Translations under genes and position numbers: made by a program
Notes under the pieces: model-generated
What the model was told of the DNA's origin: nothing
Databases searched by the model: none
The model's input: the letters and a program-made list of their open reading frames with translations, nothing else
Assembly: GCF_009914755.1 (NCBI RefSeq)
Contig: NC_060930.1
Strand: one strand, 5' to 3'
DNA from: the human T2T-CHM13v2.0 reference genome, Homo sapiens
Length of the DNA stretch: 64,000 nucleotides
In this document: positions 59,128-64,000 of the stretch, in pieces
Layout: each line of letters opens with the position of its first letter
Position numbering within the stretch: the stretch's first letter is position 1

Positions 59128-59485
59128 AGAAAATAAAATAGTGGTACCAGGGTTGGGGTAGGGGAGAGGAAACGGGGAGATATAAGGCAAAGGATTCAAA
59201 GTAGCAAATGTGTAGTTGAATAAGTCTAAAGATCAAATGTACAACTTGGGGATTATAGTTATTAATAGTGTATTGTATTCAGGATTTTTGCTAAATGAGT
59301 AGCTTACAGCTGCTCTTGCCACTGGGATGTGGATGGGTAGTGGGAGGAAATGAGTAACTGTGTGAGATGATGGATATGTTAATTTGTTTCACTATAGTAA
59401 CCATTTTACTATATATATAAATCCTATAACATCATGTTGTAAACCTTAAATATGCACAATAAAGTTTATTTTTAAAAATGAAAAA
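59128..59485 (+). mobile_element. L1MA-type 3'UTR fragment
   Basis: gtgagatgatggatatgttaatttgtttcactatagtaaccatt...accttaaatatgcacaataaa. Confidence 0.8.
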
Positions 59486-59784
59486 GCCTATATAATACAT
59501 GGATAGCATAAACCAAAAAGAAATAGCACTTAACTTTTTCCCTACCCCCACCCTCAAATTTCTCCCATCCCTGGACCCTGGCAGGCTAGGCAGACAGCAG
59601 GTCTGGGCTTCCCCTTGCTCAGGAGGGCTGAGTCCTACAGCAGATGGATGTAAATAGTTCCTGCTGTACCCTGCTTAGGTGCCCATCTTTCCTGACCATG
59701 GCGTGTTGGAACAGTGGAGCTGGCACTCAGATTACCATCCTAACTGAGGGCTCTAGCACCAACTGCAGCGACCCCATCTGTAAG

Positions 59785-59905
59785 GCCCCTATGCCACCTG
59801 CTTTGCTTGGGACAGTCCCAGATTTTACCTGTTGTGTAATAATTATAATTACCCTCCTTCACTCTCAAAGGTGTTCTGGTTTGGATAGGTCATGTGTTCA
59901 CTCTA
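59785..59905 (+). mobile_element. MER94 (hAT-Blackjack)
   Basis: ttgcttgggacagtcccag...ctgttg...taattataatt...ttcactctcaaaggtgttctggtttgga. Confidence 0.65.
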
Positions 59906-60344
59906 CCCATCAATGACCAGAGGTCTGATCTGTTCTAGTGCTAAGTCCTCATCCCCGTCCAGTTCCCCTCCATCATAACACAGACAGCTGGTATAGCAGA
60001 GTTGGAATATGTTTCTATTGGCATATTTTCTCCTGAGACCCAATCAAGAGTGGTGTTTAATCACTATTGGCTCAACTACATTATCTTTGTTGGATTACCT
60101 GGGTTAAAACCCACGCTTTGCCCCTTACTGGCATGTGACTTTGGACAAAGATCTGAACCACCCTAAGTCTGTGTATCCTATAAAATAATTAATAGACTAT
60201 TTCTTATGATAATTACTATAATATTGTATAGAATATAATATCAGTCATATAAAACGCATTCATGTTTTTGTAAGATTGAGTGAGAAAATTCACTTAAAAG
60301 ACTGGGAATGCCCATCAGCCAAAGAGCTCCAGGAACACCTGAAG

Positions 60345-60840
60345 TTAACAGGATTCATTTTAGTAACTTCTTATATGAGGGAGCCTGTCCACCACGGGAA
60401 ACCACAGGACAGTAAAAGGGTGTTAGGAAGGGTTGTTATAGGATTTTAACATGAGTTAGGTGACTTAGAATGGGTTAAAAATTGAGCGTTCTGTTCAAAG
60501 ATTGGGTGCTGTCAGAAAGTAGGCGCAATTCTAGCACTGGGCATCTTAAGTTTTTCTAGCAGACAGGATGAACAGATGGGAGCTAGAGTTGTCATAGAAG
60601 AAGAAGTGGGAGTCAGTCATAGGGGAGAGGGACATTTGTTCATTTTTGTGGTCATATAGAGCCCTTTTAAAAAAGAAGACCTCTGTTCAGGCATGGCCGC
60701 TGATTGGCTTTCATCCTGTTCCAGCGCAGTCATGGTGAGTCCTCATCTGATCTTAACCCTGTGAACTTGTTTGTGTTCACCAGGGGACACCACAGCCTCG
60801 CCGGTGGCAGCCAGGTACTTCCAGCTGTCGGGGGTGCTTC
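60345..60840. mobile_element. Possible old LTR fragment (ERVL/ERV1 class), family not assigned
   Basis: General resemblance only (aagggttgttataggattt..., gattgggtgctgtcagaaag). Confidence 0.35.
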
Positions 60841-61074
60841 TCCCTTACCCCTGCTCCACCCCCAGGTCCTAGCATTGGCAGGGAATAGAACGAAGACCAC
60901 CAGAACTACAAAAAATATAAAGACTGCATTTGTTACTTCACAAGCAAGGGAAAACTAATTAGCTAAACTTTTTTTCTGAGTAGTTTTCTAAGGGAAAAAT
61001 CTGGAGTTTTTAAGTGCTAGAAACGTGGGAGAGGCTCATGGTAGTTATGCCAGTTAGTAATTAAAACCTAGCTA

Positions 61075-61313
61075 GAGGTCAGGAGTTCGAGACCAGCCTG
61101 GCCAACATGGTGAAACCCCATCTCTACTAAAAATACAAAAAATTAACCAGGCGTGGTTGCAGGTGCCTGTAATCCCAGCTACTAGGGGGGCTGAGGCAGG
61201 AGAATCGCTTGAACCAGGGAGGCAGAGGTTGCATGAGCTGAGACTGCGCCATTGCACTCCAGCCTAGGCAACAAGAGCAAAACTCCGAAATAAATAAATA
61301 AATAAAATAAATA
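61075..61313 (+). mobile_element. AluSq-like, 5'-truncated at about consensus position 67
   Basis: Begins gaggtcaggag; (TAAA)n tail; partial TSD cctagc(t/c)ag. Confidence 0.9.
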
Positions 61314-61756
61314 AGTCCCCTAGCCAGCAGGATAAGGCAGAATGAGTCTGTAGGCCCAACACGGATAGGCTTAAAACATACCATTGTTCCTTAGTCAGAA
61401 AAGAGTCTTAGAGTAGGTCCAGTGAATGCCTGGCATTCTGGGGTTCAAGTTCATGGTTCTTTAAACCTGGATGGTTCCAGCCACCCAGGAACCCCCATCA
61501 GCTCCAGGAATCCCTCTCATGTAGTAAATATTTGACATACATTTGCTTTAAACTGGTTTGTTTGCTTTTAGAATAGTTGCTGCTAATTCTAGTCATCACA
61601 CAGTTAAGAACACTGGGCTGTGTACATCAGAAATTTGACTGTAGATTGTTAGGAAAATGCATTGTACAAACAAACACTGCAAATGCACACACATACATAT
61701 TAGAAACTAAAGGTTGTAGATTTCAATCAGTCACTGAAAAACAAAGCATTTCTTAA

Positions 61757-62092
<336 letters not shown>

Positions 62093-64000
62093 ATAGGTTT
62101 TAAATGGAGAAAAGAATTCATGTGCATATGTTTCTAGGATTTCTCATTGTACATTGGATCAAAGATGGCTTTAGGCATGTTATTTTAGAGCTTAATGATT
62201 TTATAGGATTCTCAGTCTTGTTTGATTTTCCAGTACAATTCCCCTGGTCATAGTTCTGCCTCTAGAAATTGATTGCTTTGTATGATTTTGGTATTTGCCA
62301 TCACGACTCCATTACCCTAAAATGGGGGCCTTTTGCTAAAGATGCTGGGGGCACAGGATGCTTAGCATAGCTGTAAGGGAAGACCTTTATGTCCACCTGG
62401 TAAGATAGTCCCGTGCACCAGCTGCTCTCAGTCTGGTGCTTCTGTTCATTCTCCTTGCTAAGTTTTTACTTGTGTACCATTGCTTCTGATTTTACTAACT
62501 TAATTCCTTTATTTCTATTAGCTAAACTGGATGCCTCTTCTACTCTCTGAATAGGCGATTCCTCTGAAATCACACCAGAATCAGTATTTACTAACCTCAA
62601 CAGCCATTTCCAAAATCAGTGCCTCTTAGGGCTTTAGCTCTGTAGGGGTGTGTGTTCATGATATGCTTGGACTCTTGGGAGGATTCAGAAAATGTATTCA
62701 GGTACGCAGAACACTCCCTCGCATGCCTTGGAGATGTGGTATTAATAGAATCCTATGTTAGGCAAGTTGAGTTACATGATGCTTTTTAAATCCAAGAATT
62801 TCTGGAAGGATAATTGGACTTAGAAAGATACTTACTTATTCTCTGCCTGTTTCCCACCACTCTTTCCCTGCTTCTCTCTCCTCCTAGAACAGAGAATGTT
62901 AGAGCGAAACCTATACCAACGCAGGCTTGGAATAGATGGGGCCTGCCAAAGCATTCCCACTGTCTGTCTTAATTCCATTTCACTCCTTACACACTTAATT
63001 TCTTCTCTCCTTTCTTTAACTAAATTCAAATCTATTTCTAAGGAAAGCAAAGTCAAAATGGTTCAAAACAAAACTCTAAGAGCTCCAGAGATACAAAACG
63101 TGCTAGGCTGCCCTCCCAGTAGCCTTGCCAGGAGGGGTGGCTGCTTTGCCTTCACGGCCTGCGGGTCCACGCCTGAGCGTTGTTCTCCACAGATCGTGCA
63201 CCTGGGAAGAAGTTCAGTGATGAGCAGAGAATGAGACCAGCAGATACTAAGCCTGCCAACCATGAAATGCTCACAGAAAAGACCAAGAAAAGTGACTTAC
63301 AGCCCTCCTAAGTAGACAGATTTTTCCCTCATGTGTTTTGAAAGAGTTGGCTGGTTTCTAGGTTACTTTTTGCCTTGTGCATTCTACTTACTTGTTTGTA
63401 CAAGGACAGCTTTTACACGCATACATGCTGCGTACGTGCGTGTGTGTATCTAGTGGAAGGTGCTTACGTTTTAAACAGCTCCTTTAATGGTGTGACTCAT
63501 GCATGGGCACGATCATCTGTTTTCCAGACTGCCGCAACCCACGGAAAAGCTGCTGCGTTCAGTCTCCAAGGAGACTCTCAGGCCAGTTACCTTGGCAATG
63601 TGTTCCCTGTCAGCGAGTCTGATAACCTGGGGGTTGAAGTATTCACCATGGCACACTTTGCCAATAGCTTGATGACTCATAGCTTTTCTATGGACTTATT
63701 TCCAATGATTTCAGAAATTGAGAGTCTTTCCTGTCTATAGTTGTTTTCGTTTTGTGATGCTAGACTGACAGTTTGAAAGAAAAAGAGAAATTTTTGAATT
63801 GGAGCATTTCATAATTTTTCTTCTTAATAACAGGTCAAGTGATTGGTCAGAATGATTAACTGAGACTACAGTGAAGGCAATCCTTCCAGAAGTGATTTTT
63901 TAAATATGGCTTACAATTGACACCATGGCCCTCTGATTTGTCCTGTCCACTCTCTTCCTCGTAAAGCAAACAAATTGAACATTCTGAAATACAGATCTGG

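Noticed and set aside
59150-59177. G-quadruplex-like G runs
   Set aside because: This is the ordinary G-rich tract of an L1 3'UTR.
62896-63740. 112-aa and 121-aa ORFs, possibly the next ARFGEF3 exon
   Set aside because: Neither encodes the expected continuation (DSQQLQLLYLEC..., from memory), so that exon lies beyond the window.

Overview
Human (primate) genomic DNA with no prokaryotic features. The window is the interior of the + strand gene ARFGEF3 (BIG3/KIAA1244). It holds six GT-AG coding exons (exons 3-8 by recalled numbering) that splice in frame to ...EKCLLPLQLALESKNVKLAQHALAGMQKLLSEERFVSMETDSDEK...LCEKLQAAI(N). The single-exon de novo gene PBOV1 (UROC28) lies antisense in the long intron after exon 4. 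Compared with the 135-aa protein as I recall it, this copy has Thr73 and one extra base, giving a 148-aa ORF with a different C-terminus; about 40 of its N-terminal codons come from a MIR SINE. The rest is intron rich in Alu, L1, L2, L3/CR1, MIR, DNA-transposon fossils and a solo ERV1 LTR. I cannot support a wholly new multi-gene system. The best leads are: (1) an Alu with a 5' inversion in twin-priming geometry, with its target-site duplication (TSD) intact; (2) the frameshifted, MIR-derived PBOV1 allele, whose reported 3' end may be an Alu-tail priming artefact; (3) two independent routes to a ~184-aa BIG3 fragment ending just after the PHB2-binding helix; (4) a four-layer nested retrotransposon stack; (5) a tandem insulin-type E-box/A-box module. 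Repeat subfamily names come from remembered consensus sequences, and boundaries of old repeats are approximate.
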